A stretch of DNA of 64,000 bases from Candidatus Poribacteria bacterium (GCA_965215265.1 OZ244048.1:384001-448000); one strand, 5' to 3'. Positions 10,972 through 21,484 are shown, numbered from the stretch's first letter. The notes: generated from the letters alone by a model not told the origin. A program made the numbers and translations.

Positions 10972-11940
10972 ATGCATTGCGTCAGAATCACCACCCCCGC
11001 CCGACTGCACTTTTCCCTGATCGACCTAAACGGGGTTTTAGGCAGGATCGACGGCGGATTCGGTTTGGCAATCGCTAAACCGACTTTCAATATCATCGCT
11101 GAACCTGCAACAAGGATTCAGGTGGATGCTTCTCTGTACCAGGAACGCGCTTATAAAATTCTCACAAGGCTCCAGCAAATCCATGCGTTCCCAGGCATCA
11201 AGTTAAAATTCACTGCTGAGATCCCAATGCATAGCGGGTTCGGGTCCGGTACACAACTCGCCCTTGGTATTGCGAACGCAGTGAATGTTCTATACGAACT
11301 CCGGTTAAATGTTTTGGAACTAGCCAAGGCTGTAGGGCGCGGCGGGACCTCAGGCATCGGGGTTGCAGCATTTGATACCGGCGGATTCATCGTAGATGGA
11401 GGGCATCGTTACCCTGAACAGAAAGCCTCTTTCCTACCGTCTTCTGCAGGCAGCAACATTCCGCCACCCCCGATTTTACTCCGATACCCATTTCCAGACT
11501 GGCCACTCTTAATTGTTATCCCAAATTGTTCTCGCATTTATGGCGAAGCAGAATTAGAACTATTTCGGACTTTGTGCCCACAACCCAAATCGGTTGCACC
11601 GAAACTTACGCATCTTCTTCTCTTTCAGGTACTCCCCGCTATCCTTGAAGAGGATATGCCCACCTTCGGCAAAGCATTAAACCGCATTCAAACGTTTGGG
11701 TGGAAGAAGGTTGAAATTGATGCACAAGGAGATGAACTGCAACAGACACTTGAGTTCCTACAGAACAACGGGGCATTAGGCGCAGGAGTTAGCAGCTGGG
11801 GGCCAGCGATTTGTACCGTTAGTGCAACACCTGATAAGTTAAAACAGAAAACGGATGCCTTCCTGAAAACGCTACCGAACGGCGGTACCTGTTTTATGAC
11901 GCGTGCAAACAACACCGGCGCACGAGTGGTAATAGACTGA
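10972..11940 (+). CDS. mptG: Beta-ribofuranosylaminobenzene 5'-phosphate (RFAP) synthase, GHMP kinase superfamily
   Basis: TPARLHFSLIDL, HSGFGSGTQ, GRGGTSGIG, GGFIVDGG and SSWGP motifs characteristic of the family. Confidence 0.85.
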   Translation: MHCVRITTPARLHFSLIDLNGVLGRIDGGFGLAIAKPTFNIIAEPATRIQVDASLYQERAYKILTRLQQIHAFPGIKLKFTAEIPMHSGFGSGTQLALGIANAVNVLYELRLNVLELAKAVGRGGTSGIGVAAFDTGGFIVDGGHRYPEQKASFLPSSAGSNIPPPPILLRYPFPDWPLLIVIPNCSRIYGEAELELFRTLCPQPKSVAPKLTHLLLFQVLPAILEEDMPTFGKALNRIQTFGWKKVEIDAQGDELQQTLEFLQNNGALGAGVSSWGPAICTVSATPDKLKQKTDAFLKTLPNGGTCFMTRANNTGARVVID

Positions 11941-11981
11941 AGCCAGTGGATAGCAGCCCATCTTGAAAACTCGATAAACCT

Positions 11982-12014
11982 AAAAAAAAGGACGGACCGA
12001 ATGGTCCCCCCTTT
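11982..12014 (-). terminator. Intrinsic terminator between convergent mptG and nfuA, possibly bidirectional
   Basis: On the minus strand a GGACC-ATTC-GGTCC core in an extended GC stem, followed by T8. Confidence 0.6.
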
Positions 12015-12047
12015 AAATGTATAACACACCGTCCAAGGATATTGGCT

Positions 12048-12653
12048 TTAGGAATAGTAAGGATTGACACCTGCCGTGTGGTCTGTTGCATCAATCACGC
12101 GCTTAATTTCCGGAAATGCTTCCTGAATCATCGCTTCAATACCGTGTTTGAGTGTGACATTCGCCATCCCACAACCTTGACAGCCTCCGCCCATGTGAAT
12201 GTAAACGGCTTCATCTTCAACGTTCAGGAGCTCTACCTGCCCGCCGTGTGCTGCAACAGCAGGATTAATCCGCTCATCAATCAGTTTTTGAATTTCTTGT
12301 GCCTTTGGATTATCCCATGTAGGCGTGTTCGGGTTCTCGATCTGGAACCCGCTCGCATTCAAGTCGTCGACATAGTCAATCACTGCTCCGGTAAGATTCT
12401 CCGCGCTGTTGGCATCAACGAATACATTAAAATTATCACATTCAATGATAATATCATCCACTTCAACTTCAGTTGCTAAACCGAGATTGTACTCAAATGC
12501 CGCAGCGGTTCTACCTTTAATACTGATGCGTAGTCCGGCGATGTCAACTTCTTCTGCTTGTATGACAGCGTAAACCTTCTCTTGCGCAGCTGCTGTGACT
12601 TTGAGCAAAGGGGCTTCGGTCTCCTTGGGTTGTTTCTTCAAGAAATTTTTCAT
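12048..12653 (-). CDS. nfuA: Fe-S cluster carrier NfuA (degenerate A-type domain plus NifU domain)
   Basis: HesB-like N-terminus lacking the cysteines; C-terminal INPAVAAHGG...GGGCQGC. Confidence 0.88.
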   Translation of the reverse strand: MKNFLKKQPKETEAPLLKVTAAAQEKVYAVIQAEEVDIAGLRISIKGRTAAAFEYNLGLATEVEVDDIIIECDNFNVFVDANSAENLTGAVIDYVDDLNASGFQIENPNTPTWDNPKAQEIQKLIDERINPAVAAHGGQVELLNVEDEAVYIHMGGGCQGCGMANVTLKHGIEAMIQEAFPEIKRVIDATDHTAGVNPYYS

Positions 12654-12698
12654 ATTCTTTTCCCCGTAGGCGTTGCACGCCTTGAAGGACTGCAGCGT

Positions 12699-13682
12699 TC
12701 AGGCAGCAGTCCGGTTTGTTCGTGTGGTTCGTACGTGAAGCTCTCCCATTTCGTGGTAAATTTTACGCAATTGTGCAATAGCGTAGATTTCCAACTGGCG
12801 GATGCGCTCACGGGTTACGCCCAAAACATCCCCAATTTCTCTCAGCGTCTTCCGTTCTCCGCCTTTCAGACCCAGTTCCTCATCTTCCAGTCCAAAACGC
12901 ATCTTCAGCACCTTCTGTTCCCGTTCCGGTAATTTACTGAGAAATTGTGCCACCAAGTCCTTGTTAATCGTTTCCGCAATCGGACCTTGGTCTTCACTGC
13001 TTGCAGGGTCCGCGATTAAATCGCCGAGTGTCGCTGCAGTACGCTCATCACTCAGCGGTGAATCCATAGAAACAGTATCTGCATTAAAAACGAGGATTTC
13101 CTCAACTTGTCTAACCGTGAGGTCTAATGCTTCTGCAATTTCGGCACGTGTGGGTTCACGCTGTAATTCTTGGCACAAGGACGCATACACGGAATCAAAC
13201 TTATTCATCTTCGTCACGATATAGGACGGCAGCCGAATCGACCTAGAGAAATTCTCAAGGGTTCGCTTTATCGACTGCTTAATCCACCAGATAGCATAGG
13301 TGCTGAACTTAAATCCTTTCCGGTAATCAAATTTGTTCGCTGCTTTAATAAGCCCGATATTTCCCTCTTGGATCAGATCTTCTAGCGGCACGTTGCGTCC
13401 TTGGTACTTGACTGCAATTGAAATGACGAGCCGTAAATTTGCCTCTACCAATTCATCCCGTGCATCCATATCACCGGCCTCAATTCGCTTTGCCAGTTCT
13501 GCTTCCTCTTCGCGGGACAACAGACGATGCCCGGCTACATTCCGAAGCCAACTTGTTAAAGCACTCCGATCGCCGCCAACGTAACTTTCTGTGAGCTCTC
13601 CCTCATTAAGTGAATAGGCCCCATCAATATACGTATCAACACTTCCAATATTCTCTGTTTCACCGAAAAACTCGGTTTCCAT
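12699..13682 (-). CDS. Sigma-70 family factor (RpoD/RpoS-like, no region 1.1)
   Basis: [40 protein letters not shown]. Confidence 0.92.
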   Translation of the reverse strand: METEFFGETENIGSVDTYIDGAYSLNEGELTESYVGGDRSALTSWLRNVAGHRLLSREEEAELAKRIEAGDMDARDELVEANLRLVISIAVKYQGRNVPLEDLIQEGNIGLIKAANKFDYRKGFKFSTYAIWWIKQSIKRTLENFSRSIRLPSYIVTKMNKFDSVYASLCQELQREPTRAEIAEALDLTVRQVEEILVFNADTVSMDSPLSDERTAATLGDLIADPASSEDQGPIAETINKDLVAQFLSKLPEREQKVLKMRFGLEDEELGLKGGERKTLREIGDVLGVTRERIRQLEIYAIAQLRKIYHEMGELHVRTTRTNRTAA

Positions 13683-13726
13683 TCTACTCCTCTCCTTATC
13701 TGAAATTTTGACATAGTGTTAGACTA

Positions 13727-13756
13727 ATAATACATCATATTTAAACGTTTTGTCAA
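13727..13756 (-). promoter_or_regulatory. Sigma-70-type promoter of the sigma factor gene
   Basis: Minus strand TTGACA-18 bp-TATTAT. Confidence 0.5.
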
Positions 13757-13985
13757 CTAAATTGTTTAATAAAAAATGACAATATTCAAAAATAGACATA
13801 ACTTAGAGATAATTTAGCAGAAAATCTCCCAAAATTCAAGATAAAATTAAACTCACCCCCATTTTTTGTAGAACGCTTATGATAAACGGTTTCATTACCT
13901 ACACTTGTTGGAGGGACGGAAATATCAACCCGCTTTCCTATCTTTGTTCTGTATTCAGGCTGCCGCTTCGCACTCGTACGCCATC

Positions 13986-14849
13986 CTAGCCGCGCATAAC
14001 CCCAGTTTCCTCTAACCAGACTTTCAAGGGAACATCCACATCCTTGGGAGAAAAATGACCATTCGCGTTCGTACCTCCTCCCAGCAGCTGCTGACGAATC
14101 GGATCGGCGCGATCAAACATCTCTTCCGGAATCGTCATATCGTCTTTACTCCGCAGCCAGCGGTACCCATAGCCGTAAAATAGCCCTTTTCGCGTAATAG
14201 CAGACTCATTTTCACTCCGCGCATGCCAAATCCGACGGTCAAAGAATACTGCAGCGCCTGGCTTACAGCACACAAGTATCGCCCCCTCCGGAGGAGAACC
14301 ATCTACTGGGAGTTCTAAAGTATCCAAGAGATGGCTACCGGGAATCATGTACAAATTTCCGCGCCCTGTTTCTGAACAGTCGGAGAGCCAATACACAACC
14401 TTTATCGAAAGCCGCGGGCGTGGCGAACTTTCAATCTCTATATTGACACGACCGCTATCCTGATGCCATCCTAACGGCGCTGGATTACCCCGGGACATCT
14501 CAGGGCGCGGCGGCGTGATAATCAGATGGCTATGGTAGCAGTAAATGTTCCAGCCCAAAGCACCCCACACCTTCGGAAACGTTTTATATCAATCCAAAAT
14601 GTTGACGAATAGCTGATCTTTCCCGAGAACATTGGGATAGAAAAAGTTTTGGGTTTCTGTCAGAGGCTTTTTGGTATACGCATCGTAACCTGCATCAAGA
14701 TGCGCTTGGTAAATGCTATCAACACGGTTCTCAAGCCGTTCAACGAGCGCCAGTGGCAGCGCGTTTTCCACAATAAAATATCCTTCTTCGTTCAATCCAC
14801 GGAGTTGTTCAGCCGTGATTTGATGCTGTAGATGCCGCTCATCAAGCAT
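13986..14849 (-). pseudogene. PhyH-family dioxygenase interrupted by one in-frame TGA (14589-14591)
   Basis: The two track ORFs are in the same frame: ...FVNILD*YKTFPKVWGALGWN...; WHQD and IWHA motifs downstream. Confidence 0.8.
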
Positions 14850-15507
14850 ACTCCACTCCGCTTGCACCTTCCCGTTCCCATTCAATACTTTTCTTGCATT
14901 TTGAACAAAACGCCGTTCTGGCGCGTTGCGTCAGACGTTGCCGTTTCCACTCCTGACTGCATCCGCAGCGTCCACGCCAGCGCGGCAGTGTATGTTCAAC
15001 TCGGTGACACCGTTCCGCTGTGCATCCGATCCGGCGCGCAGTCGCCTTCCATATCACATCATGCCCGTGCCCAGGCCCGACTATCGCATGTGCAATTTCG
15101 TGCAGGATGGTATTTACAATGTTTCCTTTAGAGGCTTTCAAGCAGTAACTAACTGAGAGCGTAATCAACTTCTCCTTATACCGACATATCCCACCGCGCG
15201 CTGGCGCGAGGTCGAATGCGAGCCGCCAGCCTGCTTCAAGTCCACTTTCGGCTTCATGCTCCCGGATGAATTGCTGACCCAATGCTGCAATGTCGGTAAG
15301 CGTCATAGCGGGTTTTGGCGCACTCCCACTCACTGTCATTGCACCGTACGGGACCTTCCACAGTGTGCCTTGCGGTGTTGCTACCTTCGCCCGCCGGGGT
15401 AATAGTTTTTGGACGGTGCCTTGCAGCGTCCCTGTTTTGATAGTAAATGCTACTTTCGTCCCTGGTGGGTACGCCGCGCCTTCAAATTTAGCTGTCACAA
15501 TATTCAT
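14842..15507 (-). CDS. SprT-like zinc-dependent metalloprotease
   Basis: GGIC, TILHEIAHA (HExxH), GHDVIWK and C-terminal CxC...CxxC. Confidence 0.85.
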   Translation of the reverse strand: MNIVTAKFEGAAYPPGTKVAFTIKTGTLQGTVQKLLPRRAKVATPQGTLWKVPYGAMTVSGSAPKPAMTLTDIAALGQQFIREHEAESGLEAGWRLAFDLAPARGGICRYKEKLITLSVSYCLKASKGNIVNTILHEIAHAIVGPGHGHDVIWKATARRIGCTAERCHRVEHTLPRWRGRCGCSQEWKRQRLTQRARTAFCSKCKKSIEWEREGASGVEYA

Positions 15508-15691
15508 TGATTTCTTCTTTCGGTTATGGTTTGTGCTACCTTCGTAACCTTAACTCCTTGCAACCGCAGGAATAGCGATACTGATATTGTCAATAAGCGG
15601 AGGTAACATTATTGAGAAGTTCTGTCAGTGTGTATCGGAACATCAATCACAATCTCGTTGTGGAGTGCTCGTAATTTAGAATTGGATAATT

Positions 15692-15809
15692 TCACGTGCC
15701 ATTAGCCAATAAGCCTAAAACCTATTCCACACTCCGGCGGGTGACTTCAATTACAAATTACAAGGTTTCCTCCCAAAATTCCCGGATTCTCAATAATTCT
15801 AAACATCAT
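15692..15809 (-). pseudogene. Decayed DUF433-family (antitoxin-like) gene remnant
   Basis: RBS AAGGGAG then MMFRIIENPGILGGNLVI, frameshift, VTRRSVE*VLGLLANG; resembles the DUF433 consensus I..dP.ilGG.P.I.gTRi.V..il.lLa.G. Confidence 0.5.
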
Positions 15810-16036
15810 TAACTCCCTTAAAATACGTTAATTTTATGCATATAATTTACCTCAACTCACCCATTTATGGCAAGTAATTTATTTGCAATTGTGTTATAAT
15901 ACCGCTATGAGTTATGCGTGTGCTGCCTCTCTCTAAGAAAAAGGGAGCATCAATAGTACATGCTGAGCGTGATTGTTTTTAGCGAAAGCACGTCTATCAA
16001 ATTTGCGGAAATCCGGTCCAATAAGGAGGAATCGGC

Positions 16037-16828
16037 ATGGGTTTTAAATTTGGATATAGTACGTTACGTTGGCAAACGCCAGATTTTGAGGAGCTTCTGA
16101 CGCAATTGAAGGGAGCCGGTTGGGACGGTTGGGAGATGCGCCAATCGTTAGACTGGGTAGGAACGCCCCAACGTATCCGGCGATTGTGCAATAATGTCGA
16201 GCTGCCGATCGCGGCTGTCACAGCACGCGGTTTGCCGATTGACAAAGACTGGAACCAGATGGAACTTAATAAGAGGCGAATTGACTTTGCAGCAGAAGTA
16301 GAGGCCGACTGTTTCATGTTCATGGGTGCCGGTAAACCGAAAGACCGGCCCGTGGATCACTCTGACCTCGCCGCACTCGCTGATGTCTCAGAGGAGTGGG
16401 CAGAGTACGCAGCCCAATTCGATTTGGATGTCTGTTATCATATTCATACCAATACGACGGTCGATTCCATAGACGATTGGGTGAAATATATGAGCCTCCT
16501 CCGAAAATGTAAACTCTGTATTGACGTATCGCATTCCGCGCTCTGGGGCTTCGACCCGATTGAATCCATCCGACGCTACAGCGACGCACTCGTTTATGTT
16601 CACCTGCAGGATTATTCCAATGTCACAGGCGGGAACGGCACCGCATACGATGTCGATTGGGTCGATGTTGGCGGTGGAGCCGTTATGGACTTCCCCGGAA
16701 TTATGTCTACCTTGGAAGAACTCGGCTATGATAGATGGATTACCGCCTGCCCAGGGCAGGTTGAGTCTCGTTCCGATCTCGAACGCATGTCAGTCAACCG
16801 GGAATATCTCCACCAATTGGGGTACTAG
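16037..16828 (+). CDS. Sugar phosphate isomerase/epimerase (AP endonuclease-2 TIM barrel, IolE-like)
   Basis: GWDGWE, YHIH, DVSH, VHLQD. Confidence 0.82.
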   Translation: MGFKFGYSTLRWQTPDFEELLTQLKGAGWDGWEMRQSLDWVGTPQRIRRLCNNVELPIAAVTARGLPIDKDWNQMELNKRRIDFAAEVEADCFMFMGAGKPKDRPVDHSDLAALADVSEEWAEYAAQFDLDVCYHIHTNTTVDSIDDWVKYMSLLRKCKLCIDVSHSALWGFDPIESIRRYSDALVYVHLQDYSNVTGGNGTAYDVDWVDVGGGAVMDFPGIMSTLEELGYDRWITACPGQVESRSDLERMSVNREYLHQLGY

Positions 16829-16849
16829 GAGTACAAAGGAAGGAAAACT

Positions 16850-18742
16850 ATGACAAAGCCGGAGGGCATAGAGAAAAAGATGGCGAAAGAGCCCCCGACG
16901 AGATTTGCACAGAACGTCCGCATCGATAAAAAAACGCAATTCCGATCGATCCTCGCTACAGATTGCGGAAGCACAACGACTAAGGCGATTCTGATTGAGA
17001 AACGCGGCGCTGAATATCATCTCATTGTACGCGGCGAAGCACCGACAACCGTTGAGGCACCCGTTGAGGATGTAACAGCCGGCGTTATCAACGCTATCAC
17101 CGAAGTAGAAGAACTCGCCGGACGCAAATTGCTGCAAGATGACAGAATACTCAAACCACAACGCGGCAACGAAGGCGTGGATCTCTACATTTCAACAAGC
17201 AGCGCCGGCGGCGGACTACAGATGATGGTTGCAGGGGTTGTCAGAAACCTCACCGCAGAAAGTGCAGAACGTGCCGCACTCGGAGCAGGCGCAATTGTGA
17301 TGGATGTCATCGCCTCTAACGATAAACGACTGCCACACGAAAAAATCGAGCGCATCCGACACCTGCGACCGGATATGCTACTCCTCTCTGGCGGCGTTGA
17401 TGGCGGGACCACAGCACACGTGGTTGAACTCGCAGAAATCATCGCCGCCGCACGCCCGCAGCCACGATTAGGCATTGCTTATGAACTCCCGCTTATCTAT
17501 GCAGGCAATAAAGACGCGCGCGAACTCATCAAGAAATGCTTGGAAGATGTTATGTCTTTGCAGATAGTAGATAACCTACGGCCCGTCTTAGAACGGGAAG
17601 AACTAATGCCCACACGACATAAGATTCAGGAACAATTCCTTGAACATGTGATGGCACACGCACCGGGCTATAAGAAACTTATCGATTGGACCGATGCACC
17701 CATTATGCCCACACCAGGCGCCGTCGGCGCAATTATCCAGACTGTTTCAGCGAAACTGGATATTGAGGTAGTCGGCGTGGATATTGGGGGGGCTACGACA
17801 GATGTGTTTTCAGTGTTCAAAAACCGAGAAGCAGAACCTATTTTCAACAGAACCGTCAGTGCAAACCTCGGCATGAGTTATAGTATCTCCAACGTCCTGG
17901 CTGAGACAGGTTTAGAGAACGTCTTGCGGTGGGTGCCTTTTGACATAGACATCGGGGCACTGCGGAACCGGGTGAAAAACAAAATGGTCCGCCCCACAAC
18001 CATCCCACAGACACTTGAAGCACTGATACTGGAACACGCAATTGCACGCGAAGCACTCCGCTTAGCTTTTGAACAACACAAACAACTCGCCGTTGAATTG
18101 CGAGGCATCCAGCAACAGCGCACGATTTCTGAAGCATTCGACCAGACAGAAAGCGGACAGTCTCTCGTGAATATGCTCAGCTTGGATATGCTTGTCGGAA
18201 GCGGCGGGGTACTCTCTCACGCACCACGGCGACAGCAAGCGATGCTGATGATGATCGACGCGTTCCAACCGGAGGGGCTCACACATCTCGCTGTCGATAG
18301 TATCTTCATGATGCCGCAACTCGGGGCACTCGCACAAATCAGTCCAGAAGCAGCCACACAGATTTTTGAACGCGATTGTCTCATTCACTTAGGCACCTGT
18401 ATTGCCCCTATAGGCGTTGGAAAACAAGGCGATGCGTGCATCACCATGCAACTTCACATCGATGGGAAGCCACCACTGACCGAAGCACTCTACTTTGGTG
18501 AACTCCGACTGTATCCGCTTGCACTCGGAGAAAAAGCAACCGTGAAACTCCAACCTGCGCGACGGTTCGATATCGGCTCGGGACGTGGGCAAGACGTTGA
18601 GGCAGAAGTCATGGGAGGGGTCGTCGGCTTGGTTGTTGATACACGCGGCAGACCGCTTGAAATTCCTGCTGAGGCTGCCCAGCGTGTGGCGCAGTTTAAA
18701 AAGTGGCATAGCGCACTGGATGTATATCCTGCTGAACAATAG
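16850..18742 (+). CDS. Glutamate mutase L (GlmL/MutL-like ASKHA ATPase) family protein
   Basis: DCGSTTTK, SSAGGGL, LLSGGVDGG, MPTPGAV, VDIGGATTDVFS, RTVSANLGM. Confidence 0.82.
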   Translation: MTKPEGIEKKMAKEPPTRFAQNVRIDKKTQFRSILATDCGSTTTKAILIEKRGAEYHLIVRGEAPTTVEAPVEDVTAGVINAITEVEELAGRKLLQDDRILKPQRGNEGVDLYISTSSAGGGLQMMVAGVVRNLTAESAERAALGAGAIVMDVIASNDKRLPHEKIERIRHLRPDMLLLSGGVDGGTTAHVVELAEIIAAARPQPRLGIAYELPLIYAGNKDARELIKKCLEDVMSLQIVDNLRPVLEREELMPTRHKIQEQFLEHVMAHAPGYKKLIDWTDAPIMPTPGAVGAIIQTVSAKLDIEVVGVDIGGATTDVFSVFKNREAEPIFNRTVSANLGMSYSISNVLAETGLENVLRWVPFDIDIGALRNRVKNKMVRPTTIPQTLEALILEHAIAREALRLAFEQHKQLAVELRGIQQQRTISEAFDQTESGQSLVNMLSLDMLVGSGGVLSHAPRRQQAMLMMIDAFQPEGLTHLAVDSIFMMPQLGALAQISPEAATQIFERDCLIHLGTCIAPIGVGKQGDACITMQLHIDGKPPLTEALYFGELRLYPLALGEKATVKLQPARRFDIGSGRGQDVEAEVMGGVVGLVVDTRGRPLEIPAEAAQRVAQFKKWHSALDVYPAEQ

Positions 18743-18879
18743 GAGAATGCGCAAGGTTGCTTAGCGTATCGAGCTCAGCGTCAAACGCTTCATATCAAAG
18801 ACACGCGCGATATAGTTTAACGTGTTGCTGCCCAAAACGTTCACGGTAGCAATCGTGCGTGAAAAGAGAGACGCAAAAA

Positions 18880-20142
18880 TTACCGTTCCCCGAGCGTCAC
18901 AACATAATTTCGCTCATGCCCGTTCCGGGAAATTTTGAGGTCTATCCGCGTATTCGGCTTGGTGCCCGTCACACATCGCAACAGTTCAGGGTAGGTCCGC
19001 ATGGGCGTGTTATCAAATTCAAGAATAACGTCCCGCGGTAAAAGGCCTATACGGTGTGCCGGGCTATCTTTATGCACCTTTGTGATAATGCACCCTAATT
19101 CCCCAGATGTAATTTCGACATCGACCCCGAGCCAGCCACGTGCAACCCTGCCGTGTGTTATTATCTCTTTCGCAGTCATTGTGACGGTTTCAATCGGAAT
19201 CGCAAACGTGATTTCTTGATGAACCCATCTTTGCGATAACGGTGCAATGCGAAACTCAGTAACTTCCGGTAATCTTGTGTAAACATCCGTCGTGCTGGGT
19301 TCCGCGAGGACAGCAAGTATCATTCCGATAGTTTCCCCAGCAGTATTCACAATTGCCCCCCCACTGTTGCCGGGTGTAACCGGGGCATTGATTTTAATCA
19401 AATTCGTGCAGAGGTGGTTGGGTAAGGTATCCCACCCGCTGACAATCCCGAAGGAGATCATAGGACTGTTCCCGTAGGAATTCCCTACCGTAACAACCCA
19501 TGAACCGGTGTCAATTTTAGTGGAATCGCCCTGACGCATCCGCAGAGCAGGCCCGATCTTATCCCTTGGCACCTGAAGGACAGCAATATCAGTCAGACTA
19601 TCCTCGCCTATCAGTTTGGCGGACGAAGATTTGCCATTATTGAAGATGACCTGGATTGTTTGCACATCTTTATCAAAGGTAGTTGTTGCAATGTACCCAT
19701 CTGTGTCAATTATAATACCTGACCCAATACTCTGGCTGGTCATCAACATCTTCTGCTGAGTGGTAGGCAATTGGACATGTCGCTGTTGCGTCACGACGAC
19801 TTTAACAACCGCCGTACGTGCGGACGTGACAACTTTCTGAAATTCTTTTTCAAGCACCTGTAGGGCGCTCTCTTGGGCAATGGATGACGCAGCTGGAGAT
19901 AAAAGCATGCTCACCAGTGCAGTTAGCAACAAGCCCGCTTTAGATTTAGCAATAACGGGCCAATTCTTCTCGTAAAGTAGATGCACTGTCTGTTTTTTGT
20001 TGGATTCGACGAAAACGGGCATTGCCGAAACGCCTAGTATGTAGAAAACTACGAAATTCATGACACGATGATAAACCATTCGTACTGAATTGGACAAAAC
20101 TTTAACAACCGGGATTAGAAAATTCAAATTATCAGGATGCAT
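18880..20142 (-). CDS. HtrA/DegP-like trypsin-fold plus PDZ protein, catalytic His apparently absent; true start probably downstream of 20142
   Basis: GSGIII, DIAVL, PGNSGG and RGWLGV (PDZ) motifs. Confidence 0.82.
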   Translation of the reverse strand: MHPDNLNFLIPVVKVLSNSVRMVYHRVMNFVVFYILGVSAMPVFVESNKKQTVHLLYEKNWPVIAKSKAGLLLTALVSMLLSPAASSIAQESALQVLEKEFQKVVTSARTAVVKVVVTQQRHVQLPTTQQKMLMTSQSIGSGIIIDTDGYIATTTFDKDVQTIQVIFNNGKSSSAKLIGEDSLTDIAVLQVPRDKIGPALRMRQGDSTKIDTGSWVVTVGNSYGNSPMISFGIVSGWDTLPNHLCTNLIKINAPVTPGNSGGAIVNTAGETIGMILAVLAEPSTTDVYTRLPEVTEFRIAPLSQRWVHQEITFAIPIETVTMTAKEIITHGRVARGWLGVDVEITSGELGCIITKVHKDSPAHRIGLLPRDVILEFDNTPMRTYPELLRCVTGTKPNTRIDLKISRNGHERNYVVTLGER

Positions 20143-20197
20143 CCGTTTATCCTCTGCAGCGCAATCGCTCGCACGCCTCCGATACTAACTAAACGGA

Positions 20198-20767
20198 TTA
20201 TAAGCCGCCTGCAGTCGGTAGACTCGCATAATTAACACGCTTTAAGATGTAATGTTGTTGCATCGGTTCTGTTGACATCGACCCAGAGATACTCGTGCCA
20301 CTAAAACTGCGTGGAATGGGCGGAAACGGCAGCCGGATCGGTTCAATCGATTGTTGGACTTCTTCGTCGCTCTGATCGATTTGGACTACCGGTGAATTTT
20401 GTGTCCAATCCAACACATCCTTTTGATAAAGGTAAGTGCCAACTGCAGCCAAAATTAACAACGTGATGCCACTGAATGCCCAGCGCGGACGGCCGCATGC
20501 AGATAACAACCGCTTCCAGAGCGGCACTGTTTCCTGACGCAGCACGTGCTCACGCGCGAGCTGTTGATGCAGTGTCAATTCAAAGCGCGCGGACGGGGTA
20601 ACCTGCGGCAATTCTTGTGTCGCTTTTACGGATTTTTCAAACACGGTATACTCATGCTCACACCTCTCACATTCGCTGAGGTGAAACTCAAAACCTTTTA
20701 GCGTTTGATAATCCAGTTCATCTTCAAAATAGGCGGAGAAGTGTTCTTCAGCCTGTAAGCAGTTCAT
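20198..20767 (-). CDS. Zinc-finger (zf-HC2) membrane anti-sigma factor
   Basis: HLSECERC motif, one TM helix, 4-bp overlap with the ECF sigma gene. Confidence 0.88.
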   Translation of the reverse strand: MNCLQAEEHFSAYFEDELDYQTLKGFEFHLSECERCEHEYTVFEKSVKATQELPQVTPSARFELTLHQQLAREHVLRQETVPLWKRLLSACGRPRWAFSGITLLILAAVGTYLYQKDVLDWTQNSPVVQIDQSDEEVQQSIEPIRLPFPPIPRSFSGTSISGSMSTEPMQQHYILKRVNYASLPTAGGL

Positions 20768-21369
20768 AGTGGCTCCATTAAGGGTTTTAATTTATCCTTT
20801 AGCATCAGCCGCGCACGACTGATGCGGGATTTCGTCGTGCCGTTCCGCAGTTCTAGTGCATTGCTAATTTCCTCGTAACTCAGGCCCTGAAGGTCGCGGA
20901 GAACAAGCGGGAGTCTATATTGCTCCGGCAGCTCCGCAATCGCTTTTCGGACAGCATTCCGGAGCTCTTTCCGTTCCAGTTGAACCTCCGGTTGATACGA
21001 GGTATCTGCCGGGGCACTTGCGATGATGTCCATCTCCATGTCCGAATCCGCAGCGTCTCTGTTGTCTATTATGTTATCTACCCAATAGCGGCTCCGACGC
21101 CCACGATTCCGAAGCTCATTTTTGCACAGATTTGAGGCGATATGGTACATCCACGTTTTGAATCGGGCCCTCCCCGTTTTGTAACGCGGGGCGGCTTTAA
21201 AAATGCGAATGAACGTCTCTTGAGCCAAATCTTCCGCGCTCTCTTTATCACCCAAGAATTGCGCGATAAAATTAATCAGCGGCTGCTGATGTCGACGCAC
21301 CAACAGCGTAAACGCATTCTCATCGCCTTTCTGAAAACGTTCCATTAATTCATCGTCTAATTCAGACAT
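20764..21369 (-). CDS. ECF sigma factor (RpoE/SigW-like)
   Basis: AEDLAQETF, FKTWMYHIASN, LSYEEIS, GTTKSRISRAR. Confidence 0.92.
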   Translation of the reverse strand: MSELDDELMERFQKGDENAFTLLVRRHQQPLINFIAQFLGDKESAEDLAQETFIRIFKAAPRYKTGRARFKTWMYHIASNLCKNELRNRGRRSRYWVDNIIDNRDAADSDMEMDIIASAPADTSYQPEVQLERKELRNAVRKAIAELPEQYRLPLVLRDLQGLSYEEISNALELRNGTTKSRISRARLMLKDKLKPLMEPL

Positions 21370-21455
21370 CAGATCCTCCGGACAGGCTTATCTATAATAT
21401 ACACCTAAATACCGATTTGGTTGCACTTTTTTTTGCCAAGCGTTTTTTGAAAGCC

Positions 21456-21484
21456 TTGACTCCAAAACGATTGTCGTGTATGAT
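21456..21484 (+). promoter_or_regulatory. Sigma-70-type promoter
   Basis: TTGACT-17 bp-TATGAT. Confidence 0.5.

Noticed and set aside
12699-13682. Primary sigma factor rpoD
   Set aside because: Lacks region 1.1 and has a divergent region 1.2; more likely an alternative paralogue.
14589-14591. Selenocysteine codon or genetic-code reassignment
   Set aside because: The position looks like Trp rather than Cys, I saw no SECIS, and TGA terminates many genes in the window.
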